64,000 nt of DNA. Origin: Candidatus Zixiibacteriota bacterium. Its GTDB lineage: Bacteria; Zixibacteria; MSB-5A5; GN15; FEB-12. Location: positions 86,411-150,410 of the forward strand of contig JBFLZR010000002.1 in assembly GCA_040756055.1 (NCBI GenBank), written 5' to 3'. Below the pieces are notes generated by a model. It saw only the letters and a program-made list of their open reading frames with translations. It made no database searches and was not told where the DNA came from. Position 1 is the first letter of the stretch, and every line of letters starts with the position of its first letter. Both the position numbers and the translations under genes were made by a program. Shown here one piece after another: positions 8,894-19,526 of the stretch.

Positions 8894-9601
8894 ATGAAAC
8901 GAGAAATCTTTTTTTCTCTCGCTCTGCATCTTGCTATAGTGGCAGCCGCGGTTGTCTCCTCCCCTTTTGACGCCAAAAAAGCCTTTGATTACGATGATGT
9001 CATCAGGGTGCGCGCGGTAGCTATGCCCGATTTCTCTCCGCCCGCCGCGGCCGAACCGGTGGCGATTGAACCCCTGGCCGTGCCGCAGGCAATGCCGGAG
9101 GAAGTTCCTGAAATCCCTATCGATGATCCCAAGTCCGTTGTCGAACCGAAACAGGTCGAAAAACCGAAACCCAAACCGGAAAAGAAACCCGCCCAACAGG
9201 CTCCCGCAAAAACGGAGGGCAACGCCTCAGCGGGCGCGGGTGACGGCAAAAAGGAAATTGATGTTTCCGGGAGCGGTCCCGGCTCGCCTTTCGGCAGCGC
9301 TACCATCGACAATGCCTCGTTTGACTATCCTTATTGGTTCACACAGGCTTTCAACAAAATCGCCGCTAACTTCCGCAACACGGTTGTTATCGACGGTACC
9401 GTCATCTGTATCGTGTACTTTCAGGTAATACGTTCGGGAAGGCTGGTGAAGGTCGAAGTAGAACAGTCCTCGGGCATACCCGCCTTCGATAACGTATGCG
9501 TGGCGGCCATCGAACGTTCGGCTCCATTCCCGCCGCTACCCAAAGAATTTCGCGATGAGATCATCGGTATTAGCGTTCCATTCACCAACACTCTGAGGTA
9601 A
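8894..9601 (+). CDS. tolA: TolA-like protein (TonB-family C-terminal domain with Pro/Lys-rich linker)
   Basis: Track ORF of 235 aa. N-terminal anchor helix, PEKKP/EPKQVEKPKPKPEKKP linker, and a C-terminal TonB_C-like domain. Position between tolR and tolB. Confidence 0.7.
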   Translation: MKREIFFSLALHLAIVAAAVVSSPFDAKKAFDYDDVIRVRAVAMPDFSPPAAAEPVAIEPLAVPQAMPEEVPEIPIDDPKSVVEPKQVEKPKPKPEKKPAQQAPAKTEGNASAGAGDGKKEIDVSGSGPGSPFGSATIDNASFDYPYWFTQAFNKIAANFRNTVVIDGTVICIVYFQVIRSGRLVKVEVEQSSGIPAFDNVCVAAIERSAPFPPLPKEFRDEIIGISVPFTNTLR

Positions 9602-9605
9602 TAGC

Positions 9606-10928
9606 ATGCGCACTGTCTCGATACTATTGACAATCACCCTGACTTTCACAATAAGCTCGGCAGCTCTGGCCCAGCAGGATGATGACGCCGTTCGCAAAAT
9701 TCTCTTCGACACCATAAGCGGCGAGTATCAGCCTACGCCGATCGGCGTCGATGAAATGAAATACATAGGCAACCAGTACATCACGCACGATGATTCCGTA
9801 CTCATGTACTATGTGACGCGAATCGTTCAGGATGATATCGACTTCTATGCCGATTTTGAATTAATACCGCTCGACAGCTTCTTTTTGAGAACTTACGAAA
9901 TCAGCGAGATGAGCGTTCTGGGCTGGCGACGTCTCGGCGCCGACATTCTGGTTAAACTCGAAGCCGAGTTCCCCGGCGACAAGATGCGGGTTCGCTGGAG
10001 ATTGTTCGACACCGTTCGCCAGCAGCAATTCGCCCGGGGCATGGTGGAAAAACAAAAAGGCAACTGGCGGGTCATGGGACACGAGATATCGAACGATATC
10101 GTCCACACCCTCACCGGTGAGGACGGTATCTTTCTGACAAAGATAGTGTATGCCCGCGAAGTAAAAGACGGCAAGGAACTGTTTGTCGCCGACTACGACG
10201 GAGCCAATGAAAAACAGTTGACCTTCACCGGCTCCATCAATATCTCACCCAGCTTCTCCCCCACCAAAGACGAAGTCTATTTCACCAGCTATATGCGCGG
10301 CGACCCGCAACTGTTCAAGGTGAACATCAACACCCTCGAGATTGTCCAGATCGCCAATTTCCCTGGTATCGTGGCCGCCCCGGCTGTCTCACCCGATGGC
10401 GACAAGATCGCGTGCGTGCTTTCCAAAGACGGCAACTCGGAGATTTACGTTCTGGACACGAAAGGCCGCGTTATCAAAAGGCTCACCCGCCACAGCGCCA
10501 TTGACACCGCTCCGAGCTGGTCACCCGACGGCCGCTTAATCGCATTCTCGTCCGATCGCACCGGTTTACCGCAGATCTATCTTATGGATTCCGATGGCCT
10601 GAACGTGAGACGGCTGACCTTTCAGGGTAGCTACAACGACTCTCCCATCTGGTCAAGCCGCGCCGATCGTATCACTTTTGTCAGTCGTACCAAACACGGT
10701 CGCTTTGATTTGGCTTCGATTGACACCTCGGGCTATGACTACCGCATCCTGACTGAATTGGGCATGAACGAAAACCCGCACTTTTCTCCCGATGGCAAAC
10801 ACATCGTCTTCTCCTCGTCACGACTTGGCCCGCAGGACATTTTTACGATGGATATTACCGGGCGCAACCAGCGGCGTCTGACCCGCTCCGGCAAATGTTC
10901 CAACCCCGACTGGGGGCCGATCAAATAA
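9606..10928 (+). CDS. tolB: Tol-Pal system beta-propeller protein TolB
   Basis: Track ORF of 440 aa. Signal peptide, TolB N-domain, then repeated propeller blades (SPDGDKIA, SWSPDGRLIAFSSDR, FSPDGKHIVFSSSR motifs). Confidence 0.9.
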   Translation: MRTVSILLTITLTFTISSAALAQQDDDAVRKILFDTISGEYQPTPIGVDEMKYIGNQYITHDDSVLMYYVTRIVQDDIDFYADFELIPLDSFFLRTYEISEMSVLGWRRLGADILVKLEAEFPGDKMRVRWRLFDTVRQQQFARGMVEKQKGNWRVMGHEISNDIVHTLTGEDGIFLTKIVYAREVKDGKELFVADYDGANEKQLTFTGSINISPSFSPTKDEVYFTSYMRGDPQLFKVNINTLEIVQIANFPGIVAAPAVSPDGDKIACVLSKDGNSEIYVLDTKGRVIKRLTRHSAIDTAPSWSPDGRLIAFSSDRTGLPQIYLMDSDGLNVRRLTFQGSYNDSPIWSSRADRITFVSRTKHGRFDLASIDTSGYDYRILTELGMNENPHFSPDGKHIVFSSSRLGPQDIFTMDITGRNQRRLTRSGKCSNPDWGPIK

Positions 10929-11023
10929 ATCGACATTTTATCCGCTGCCGTTGGGCGGCCGCGCCGGTGGCGCGTATAATTAATCGACAGAGCAAAGGCT
11001 GAAATTCTCTTTTTTATATTGAC

Positions 11024-11047
11024 CGGCTATCCGTCTTACTGTAGATT
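11024..11047 (+). promoter_or_regulatory. candidate internal promoter ahead of pal (TTGACC-N17-TAGATT)
   Basis: ttgacc at 11019..11024 and tagatt at 11042..11047. An alternative -10 tataat sits at 10975..10980. Lies in the 180-bp tolB-pal gap. Confidence 0.3.
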
Positions 11048-11114
11048 GGCAAGCGATATATGGATATATTGGTGAAAACTAACATTTAACGTCCTTCAGG
11101 GAGGTTGATTGATT

Positions 11115-11627
11115 ATGAAAAAAGTCGCATTGCTCCTGCTAATTGGTGTGTTTGCCTTGGCTTTCATGGGCTGTCCGGGTAAGCCTCCGCCACCCCCACC
11201 TCCTCCGGTAGACACCGCCGAGACCACTCAGCCCGTCGAGCCCGAACCCGAACCGGAACCAGCTCCTCCGCCGAAAGCGGAGTTGAAAGAAGCTCAACTA
11301 CAAACTGTGTATTTTGATTTTGACAAGTTCAACCTCCGCAACGATGCCAAAGCGGCCTTGGACCACAATGCCAGCCTGCTTAAGGAGTATGAGGATGTTG
11401 TGATCAAAATCGAAGGTCACTGTGACGAACGCGGAACTGTCGAATACAACCTGTCGCTTGGTGAAAAGAGAGCCAAAGCCGCTCAGGATTATCTGGTCGG
11501 ACTGGGTATCGAGCCTGCCCGAATTTCAATTATCAGCTACGGCAAAGAGCGACCGATAGACACAGGCCACAACGAAGAGGCCTGGGCCAAAAACAGACGG
11601 GCGGAGTTCCGTATTATTTCGCAATAA
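11115..11627 (+). CDS. pal: peptidoglycan-associated lipoprotein Pal (OmpA-like domain)
   Basis: The track starts at TTG 11109. ATG 11115 lies 11 nt after SD gggagg. Lipoprotein signal LAFMGC, a poly-Pro linker, and an OmpA-like domain (TVYFDFDKFNLR...NRRAEFRI). Confidence 0.9.
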   Translation: MKKVALLLLIGVFALAFMGCPGKPPPPPPPPVDTAETTQPVEPEPEPEPAPPPKAELKEAQLQTVYFDFDKFNLRNDAKAALDHNASLLKEYEDVVIKIEGHCDERGTVEYNLSLGEKRAKAAQDYLVGLGIEPARISIISYGKERPIDTGHNEEAWAKNRRAEFRIISQ

Positions 11628-11640
11628 CGTCGCAAGGTAT

Positions 11641-12450
11641 ATGCCTATGCTGACCCATAAAAATAGAAACACAACCGCCATACTCGTTATGGCGGTTGTG
11701 TTTATCGGAATCGGCCTGAGCGGTTGCGCCACCAAGCGCAATATCGATGAACTCGCGGCCGAAGTACGCCAGGTCCAGAGACAGAACGTACAAACCCAGG
11801 AAACGCTGGCCCACCTCGACTCCACTGTTACCGCCGGTGCTGAATCGAACGACAGGCTCCGGGCTGATGTCGCTGTCACCATGAATGAACTCCGCCAGCA
11901 AATAGATATGCTTCTGGAAAACTACAATGAGCTTCTCGCGCAGATAAATCAAATGGGACGGCAACCGTCGGTTACCCATGTAATCCGCAGTTCACCGGGA
12001 GCTTCCGAGCAAACAACGGTGACCAAAGTCGATTCCGCCGCAACCAGACCGGTCGAGACGGCTCCATCGCAGCCGGCCATCGACTGCGATGCTACCTATG
12101 ACAACTCGTTTATCCTCGTCCGGCAGGGAGAATACGAAAAGGCTATCGAGGGATTCAGGCTCTATTTGGAGAATTGCCCCAAACATTCCTCTGCCGAGAA
12201 CGCCTACTATTGGATAGGCGAATCGTATTATTCGCTCGAGAAGTATGTCGATGCTATCAACGAGTTCAAATACCTGATCGATAATTTCAAGAGCTCGGTC
12301 AACGCCAGCCGGGCCATGTACAAAATGGCTCGCTCGCAGCAGGAACTGGGCAAGACCAGTGAGGCCAAGGCAACATTCCAGAGGGTTATCGATGAATATC
12401 CGGAGACTCTGGAAGCCAGCCAGGCAAAGGAGAGACTCAAAGACCTGTGA
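11641..12450 (+). CDS. cpoB: Tol-Pal-associated periplasmic protein CpoB/YbgF (coiled coil + TPR)
   Basis: Track ORF of 269 aa. Lipoprotein-like signal, a coiled-coil region, and C-terminal TPR repeats (AYYWIGESYYSLEKYVDAINEFKYLIDNF). Immediately follows pal. Confidence 0.8.
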   Translation: MPMLTHKNRNTTAILVMAVVFIGIGLSGCATKRNIDELAAEVRQVQRQNVQTQETLAHLDSTVTAGAESNDRLRADVAVTMNELRQQIDMLLENYNELLAQINQMGRQPSVTHVIRSSPGASEQTTVTKVDSAATRPVETAPSQPAIDCDATYDNSFILVRQGEYEKAIEGFRLYLENCPKHSSAENAYYWIGESYYSLEKYVDAINEFKYLIDNFKSSVNASRAMYKMARSQQELGKTSEAKATFQRVIDEYPETLEASQAKERLKDL

Positions 12451-12980
12451 TGACAGTTGCGGCCATACGGTTAAATCTCTTAACCCCGACAGCGCCCATT
12501 TTGCCCGGTCGGGGTTTTTATCAACTCGAAGAAGAATCTCTGTTTGTTCAGGTAGGTACATTCTCGAAAAACCACCGCTTCTTCTCATTTCTGGAGTCGC
12601 GCGATGTACGCTTCGATTTCGATAAACAGGGACGACTGATCTTTATCGAGGTGGAAATTCCCAGACGGCAATGGCAGATCGAACCGCTGCTGTCACCACC
12701 GAGGCCCGATGCTGTCGCGGATATCCGGTGGCTCAATTTCCGGGACACCATGCCGCAACCGGAAATCCGCACCAATGATAATAAAAGCATCCTGAGACTA
12801 TCGTTTGGTCACTGCGGCAAACTGACAAGCTATTATGTCTCTCAGTCAGTTATTGTTCAGTTGGATCAGGACGGCTCGCTGGGCAATCTTTGGATTACCG
12901 ATATAACCGATGATATAGCAGGACAGGAGATCAGCGCGTTCAGGAGACAAATAAGAGCGGAACACTCCTATTACTCATAG
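12447..12980 (+). CDS. hypothetical protein translationally coupled to cpoB
   Basis: Track ORF of 177 aa. Its ATG overlaps the cpoB stop (ATGA). No recognisable motif. Confidence 0.5.
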   Translation: MMTVAAIRLNLLTPTAPILPGRGFYQLEEESLFVQVGTFSKNHRFFSFLESRDVRFDFDKQGRLIFIEVEIPRRQWQIEPLLSPPRPDAVADIRWLNFRDTMPQPEIRTNDNKSILRLSFGHCGKLTSYYVSQSVIVQLDQDGSLGNLWITDITDDIAGQEISAFRRQIRAEHSYYS

Positions 12981-13215
12981 AGAATAAGAAAGCAGCAACT
13001 ATTTTTTTGCCTGTCCCCAGTAAGGCAAAGTGTCCCATTTTGTACCCAATGGTACAGGCTTAAACGGCCGAAAGACATGAAACCAATTTTCGTAACGCTA
13101 TATTTGCCAACATCTTATGTAGCACAGACATGGCTTGGCATGGCGTTTGTAGTAATAAACGGCGAAGCTATGAATACGAAGATTAACCTTTTAGCCTAAC
13201 TTACGGAGGTTTGTT

Positions 13216-13674
13216 ATGAAATCCACAACCAGACTACTGACTCTGTTGACGCTGCTCGTCGCCGCCACCTTCTTGTTCGGAACCGCCGTATACGCGGGTA
13301 ACGATGAGGGTGGGCAGAAGGGTTTTGTTGACCTGAACGGTGACGGATTCAACGACAACATGAAAGATGACGACGGCGATGGCATCCCGAACTGCATCGA
13401 TGAAGACTACGTGAAGGAGTGCGACGGTGAAGGCACTATGACCAAATCCGGCAACACCTATGCGTACAACTTCCAGTACAAGCTTCAGCCGAAGCACATG
13501 GTACAGTCTCGTCACATGGTCTTTTCCGAGCGCAAAGCGATGCTCGAGGGCGTGACCCCCGAGGATCCGATGGGCAATGCCGGCTCGATCGGCCAGGGTT
13601 CTTTCAATCCGGGAATGAATGAAACCGCCATCAAGAATGCTCCGGAAACTACCGGCAAGCATGGCACAGAATAA
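13216..13674 (+). CDS. small secreted calcium-binding-motif protein
   Basis: Track ORF of 152 aa. GGAGG SD. Signal peptide MKSTTRLLTLLTLLVAATFLFGTAVYA. DLNGDGFNDNMKDDDGDGIPNCIDED is a D-x-D/N-G-D-G calcium-binding (TSP3/EF-like) motif. Confidence 0.55.
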   Translation: MKSTTRLLTLLTLLVAATFLFGTAVYAGNDEGGQKGFVDLNGDGFNDNMKDDDGDGIPNCIDEDYVKECDGEGTMTKSGNTYAYNFQYKLQPKHMVQSRHMVFSERKAMLEGVTPEDPMGNAGSIGQGSFNPGMNETAIKNAPETTGKHGTE

Positions 13675-13704
13675 ATTACCGGTGTCAGTTAGCAAATTGG
13701 GAAT

Positions 13705-13726
13705 GGCGGCTTCGGCCGCCTTTCTC
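13705..13726 (+). terminator. rho-independent terminator (GGCGGC-ttcg-GCCGCC + TTTCT)
   Basis: Perfect 6-bp GC stem with a tetraloop followed by a T-rich tract, 30 nt after the stop at 13674. Confidence 0.5.
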
Positions 13727-13767
13727 GTATCTAAAATGAAGTGAAGATACTCAGCTGAGGGATAAAG

Positions 13768-14880
13768 ATGAGAAAGATAATTGGGCTAACGGTTTCGGTA
13801 GTTTTCCTGGTTACGGTTCTATCCACATATGCCGAAGTGATACCCGAAATAACACTTAGCGGAGGTTATACCGACAACCTGTTCAATGATACGTCGTCTT
13901 TTGGCGACAGCTACATCACCGTTAGCCCGAATCTAAAATACTACCCATCTTCACAGGTGGAAATGGCCTTTTCCGGCGCCTACACGACTTACGACTCAGC
14001 CAGCCTCAGCAATCTCTCCGGCAGTGCAGCCATCACGATCATTCCGGAGTCCAAGAACGAGAAACTCAATTTCATGATATCCGGCGGCCTGAGCGGTCTC
14101 AATTATGATTCTGAGATCTACGAAGCATACAACCGCTGGGGCGCCGAAGCCGACTTCACCATGAGCTATAATGTCACCCCCGGTGTCATATTCCGAAGCG
14201 GTGCGTCGCTGGGTAAAACCGGCTATCCCAACTCGCCGAGCGGTGACAGCGAAGCCCTCGGAGTTTTCGCGGGCCTCAACTTCACTCCATTCGGGTCAAA
14301 CAGCCTGAACCTCGAAGCAGGTTATTCTCTTCAGAGATATGTTACGGGACTGGATACCTCTGTAGTAACTAACGGCCGACGCCAGAGCCTGAGCGTCGAA
14401 GGCGAGAAAAGCAAATTCCAGGTGGCCAATTTCTCGGCCCGATACTCCCGTCCTTTTGGAGTACGCACCGGTTTCAGCGCTTATTTCTCGCAGAAGTATT
14501 TCGCTAAAGACGTCGAGTCAATTATCTATGGATTCAGCGTTGATTATCTCTCACCCTGGTACAACCTTTGGGATGGCTGGTCCGCAGGCGCCAATATCAA
14601 GAACTACCCCGGAAAGAGTTTCATTTTAGAACTGGGCGGAAGTTACACATACAAAAACTATGTCCCCAACCTGGACGTCATCGGAGAGTCGATAGTTATT
14701 GAACAACGCGACGACGAGCGCTCGGTAGCGTATGTTCGAATCCAGCGTCCCTTCTCGTTCTCAAACGGTAATTTGATCCGACCGACCGTTCAATTCTCGT
14801 GGGTGGATAACAGCTCTGACCTGGTGGAATACGATGTCTCCTACTACGATATCACCGCCAGCCTGACATTCAAGTTCTGA
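13768..14880 (+). CDS. outer-membrane beta-barrel protein, unknown family
   Basis: Track ORF of 370 aa. Signal peptide, alternating amphipathic beta-strand pattern, C-terminal TASLTFKF ending in Phe. Confidence 0.6.
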   Translation: MRKIIGLTVSVVFLVTVLSTYAEVIPEITLSGGYTDNLFNDTSSFGDSYITVSPNLKYYPSSQVEMAFSGAYTTYDSASLSNLSGSAAITIIPESKNEKLNFMISGGLSGLNYDSEIYEAYNRWGAEADFTMSYNVTPGVIFRSGASLGKTGYPNSPSGDSEALGVFAGLNFTPFGSNSLNLEAGYSLQRYVTGLDTSVVTNGRRQSLSVEGEKSKFQVANFSARYSRPFGVRTGFSAYFSQKYFAKDVESIIYGFSVDYLSPWYNLWDGWSAGANIKNYPGKSFILELGGSYTYKNYVPNLDVIGESIVIEQRDDERSVAYVRIQRPFSFSNGNLIRPTVQFSWVDNSSDLVEYDVSYYDITASLTFKF

Positions 14881-14915
14881 GTCACATCTTAAATCGTGTC
14901 AGAAAGCTTAGTTGA

Positions 14916-16958
<2,043 letters not shown>

Positions 16959-17044
16959 CAATTGCATCCGTTGACATTACCTTATGGACAAAATCAGTCT
17001 ATATAATACAATTTCGCTATGCCAAACAATATTAGGAGAATAAA

Positions 17045-17974
17045 ATGAGCCTTTATATGAAAAGGTTCGTGTACGCCTCCCTGTTTTATCTGGCTCTGGC
17101 GGCTATTATCGGGATACTCGATGGTACCATGAACCTGGGATATGCCGCCACCTTCGCCCACACCCACTTCAACTTGCTCGGCTTCATGGCAATGATCGTA
17201 TTCGGCATCGGCTATTTCATTCTGCCCCGCTTCAACGGCACCGAACTTCGGTTCGAAAGCTGGATCCCGGTCCACTTCTGGCTTGCCAACATAAGCCTTG
17301 TCGGCATGGTTGTGTTCAGAGGGCTTTCGGTGGAAACCGGCGCCGATATCTACTCGGTTCTGTTCGTAATCAGCGCCAGCGCGCAGGTTATCTCCATCTT
17401 TATGTTTGTAGTCAACATTTGGATTACGTTGACGCCGAAGAAACAGCCGCAGGCCAAAACGCCGATAGGACAGCCATCCTCCCCATCGACCCCTTCCGCA
17501 ACATTTGTGGTGGACGAGCCAAAGCCGGTGGTCCGTGTTTCTGCTGACACTCCGGTCGCTTACCTGGTGGACACTCTTCCCTCGCTGAAAGAAACTCTTG
17601 TCCGCGGGGGTCTGACTCCTCTGGGAATGCCGGGGCACATGGACAAAGTAAGGGCAGCGGGCGTCACTTTGGGAAACGCCGCCAGAAATCACGGGTTGGA
17701 TCTTGACCAACTGATAAGGGATATTGAGGATGAACTGAAACGGAACGGATTTGCGACCGGAAACGACATCAGCGCGCAACCTAAATTCACTGCCACGACT
17801 ATGATCGGCGACGTTATCGCCAACAATCCGAGAGCGCGGGCGACATTTCAGAAGTATTTCGGGTCGGGCTGTTTTGACTGCCCCGGGCAGGCTTATGAGT
17901 CTATCGACATGGCCTGCCGCATGCACGGCATACAGCCGGAAGTGTTTCTAAAAGAATTGAACGAAACAGTATAG
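17045..17974 (+). CDS. membrane protein with His-rich 4-TM N-domain fused to two ScdA_N/DUF1858-like domains
   Basis: Track ORF of 309 aa. AGGAG SD 6 nt upstream. N-terminal TM helices with conserved His (FAHTHFNLLGF, WIPVHFWLANI). The C-terminal TMIGDVIANNPRARATFQKYFGSGCFDCPGQAYESIDMACRMHGIQPEVFLKELN matches the DUF1858 redox-disulfide pattern. It is preceded by a second, Cys-less copy (LVDTLPSLKETLVRGGLTPLGMPGHMDKVRAAGVTLGNAARNHGLDLDQLIRDIE). Confidence 0.7.
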   Translation: MSLYMKRFVYASLFYLALAAIIGILDGTMNLGYAATFAHTHFNLLGFMAMIVFGIGYFILPRFNGTELRFESWIPVHFWLANISLVGMVVFRGLSVETGADIYSVLFVISASAQVISIFMFVVNIWITLTPKKQPQAKTPIGQPSSPSTPSATFVVDEPKPVVRVSADTPVAYLVDTLPSLKETLVRGGLTPLGMPGHMDKVRAAGVTLGNAARNHGLDLDQLIRDIEDELKRNGFATGNDISAQPKFTATTMIGDVIANNPRARATFQKYFGSGCFDCPGQAYESIDMACRMHGIQPEVFLKELNETV

Positions 17975-17981
17975 ACAACAA

Positions 17982-18006
17982 GGGCGGCCCTGAGCCGCCC
18001 TTTTTT
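17982..18006. terminator. bidirectional rho-independent terminator (GGGCGGC-cctga-GCCGCCC + TTTTTT)
   Basis: Lies between the convergent genes ending at 17974 (+) and 18011 (-). Confidence 0.6.
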
Positions 18007-18010
18007 CTGC

Positions 18011-18601
18011 CTATTCTTTGGTAAGTTTCTTTTCGAGGTCTTTCAGCGCCTTGGTCAACTTATCAACCTTGGCTTCAAGACTCTTCAAGTCGGACTGTTT
18101 GGCCACATTCAGTGATTTCACCACCTTGGCGAATTCCTGCTGTGTCTCGTCAGCCCCCTTCGCGATCTTTTCTTTAAGTTGCGATGTTGACTTCTCGGCC
18201 CTATCGAGAAGCTCCATGACCGCCTTCTTGCGATCCGACTTGTCCAACTCCCCCTTCTTGATCAGATCGTCGATGATCTTCTCGGCCTTCTCCCTGGTCA
18301 CCTGGATCACTCCTATTGACGCCAGAATAGTGTTCTTCAGTACTGACATGGATTTGTCACCTCCTAATGATATTATTTTCTGAAACAACTCTTTCGATTC
18401 TTTGATGTCCTCCCATGATGAAGCTTCGGTGAGCATGACTCGCCCCAGTACCGCTAAAGTAATATCTTTGCCTGTAGCATTGTCAACAACTCTCAGCTCA
18501 ATATCGTTCCTGATCATTCTGGCAAGATCGGCCTGCGTTATTACCCGGCTTTCATCGGCATCGTACAACCGCCGATTTTTGTGTCTCTTAATCAGCTTCA
18601 T
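18011..18601 (-). CDS. PhaR-like DNA-binding domain fused to a phasin-like coiled-coil (PHA synthesis regulator family)
   Basis: Track ORF of 196 aa. N-terminus MKLIKRHKNRRLYDADESRVITQADLARMIRNDIELRVVDNATGKDIT matches the PHB/PHA accumulation regulator DNA-binding domain. The rest is K/E-rich coiled coil. Confidence 0.65.
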   Translation of the reverse strand: MKLIKRHKNRRLYDADESRVITQADLARMIRNDIELRVVDNATGKDITLAVLGRVMLTEASSWEDIKESKELFQKIISLGGDKSMSVLKNTILASIGVIQVTREKAEKIIDDLIKKGELDKSDRKKAVMELLDRAEKSTSQLKEKIAKGADETQQEFAKVVKSLNVAKQSDLKSLEAKVDKLTKALKDLEKKLTKE

Positions 18602-18636
18602 ACTGTATTATAGTGCACTGCACCATAGATGTCAAA

Positions 18637-18658
18637 TAAAAAAAGCGGCCGGGCCGCT
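18637..18658 (-). terminator. rho-independent terminator for the receiver gene (minus strand: hairpin AGCGGC/GCCGCT then T-run)
   Basis: On the plus strand: aaaaaaa, agcggc, cgg, gccgct, between 18601 and 18669. Confidence 0.5.
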
Positions 18659-18668
18659 CAGGCGGGCA

Positions 18669-19070
18669 TTAGTGCTTACCGGTGGACATCAAAACGATAC
18701 TGACTATTTCCAGAAGTCTCTCGCACGAAAACGGCTTTTTGATAAACATGTCGCCGCCCGATTTAAACGATCTACCCATATCGTCGGTGCGGTCTTTCCC
18801 TGTCAGGAAGATTACCGGCACATTGGCGAACTCGGGGTCGCTCTTGAGAGACTGACAGATATCATAACCGTCAACCCCTGGCATCATGATATCCAGCAGG
18901 ATAACATCGGGCTTGAACGCCCTGGCTTTTTCGATAGCTCTATTGGGAGAATTCTCAGTCTGAACTTTGAAACCGTGCTCGACGAGGAATGTCTCAACGA
19001 TCTCCGTTATCTCCGGTTCGTCATCGACAACCAGGACTTTGGCAGTATTTATCTCTACTTTGTAGGACAT
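18669..19070 (-). CDS. stand-alone response-regulator receiver (CheY-like)
   Basis: Track ORF of 133 aa. VLVVDDEP, phospho-acceptor Asp in ILLDIMMPGVDG, conserved T and K (FLTGK). Confidence 0.8.
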   Translation of the reverse strand: MSYKVEINTAKVLVVDDEPEITEIVETFLVEHGFKVQTENSPNRAIEKARAFKPDVILLDIMMPGVDGYDICQSLKSDPEFANVPVIFLTGKDRTDDMGRSFKSGGDMFIKKPFSCERLLEIVSIVLMSTGKH

Positions 19071-19526
19071 AATATATCTAACTTAAAGTCCTTACACTTC
19101 TTGTACTTGTTTATAGTGTCGGAACTCTCGACTAAAAACTTTACACTATTTAAGCCGATTTCACCAGATGAATAGGGTTAGTGGTAGTGACGTAACCCGC
19201 TATATAACAACCCCTTAAGATCGATGCTTGAGCCCGGACTCACAAATTCCAACTCAGGCGGAAATATCAGGGAAAATTTTCTGCTCCGCGACTCTTCTTC
19301 AGCAGCAACTGCCAAAGGCACCTCACAGGTCCAAAAGAATCTCAATACGGTACGACACCGCTTCACTGCCGCCTCAGATAACTCGCCGCCGGAAGAGGAT
19401 GCCCGGCGGGGAATCGACTCATTCGCAGATGCCTCTCTTCGCGGTACAAAGAGATTCGCACTCCACGGCCGGTGCGCCGGGCCATTTTAAAATTGCCATT
19501 GGGGGGCAAACAGACTATCCTATGCG

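Noticed and set aside
12981-13215. Structured element (GCCTGT...ACAGGC and GTACC-caat-GGTAC hairpins) after the cpoB-coupled gene
   Set aside because: No U-run for a terminator and no recognisable riboswitch architecture. Too little evidence to call a feature.
16994-17926. 310-aa minus-strand ORF antisense to the membrane/DUF1858 gene
   Set aside because: The plus-strand product has recognisable domains (DUF1858 motif ...GCFDCPG...KELN) and a good SD. The antisense translation is Arg/Gly-rich with no motifs.
19071-19526. Possible tmRNA (ssrA) next to smpB
   Set aside because: I searched both strands for the GGGG 5' end, a T-arm GTTCGA/GTTCAA motif and a CCA-proximal acceptor pairing. None was found. 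The ORFs in the region are short and compositionally odd.
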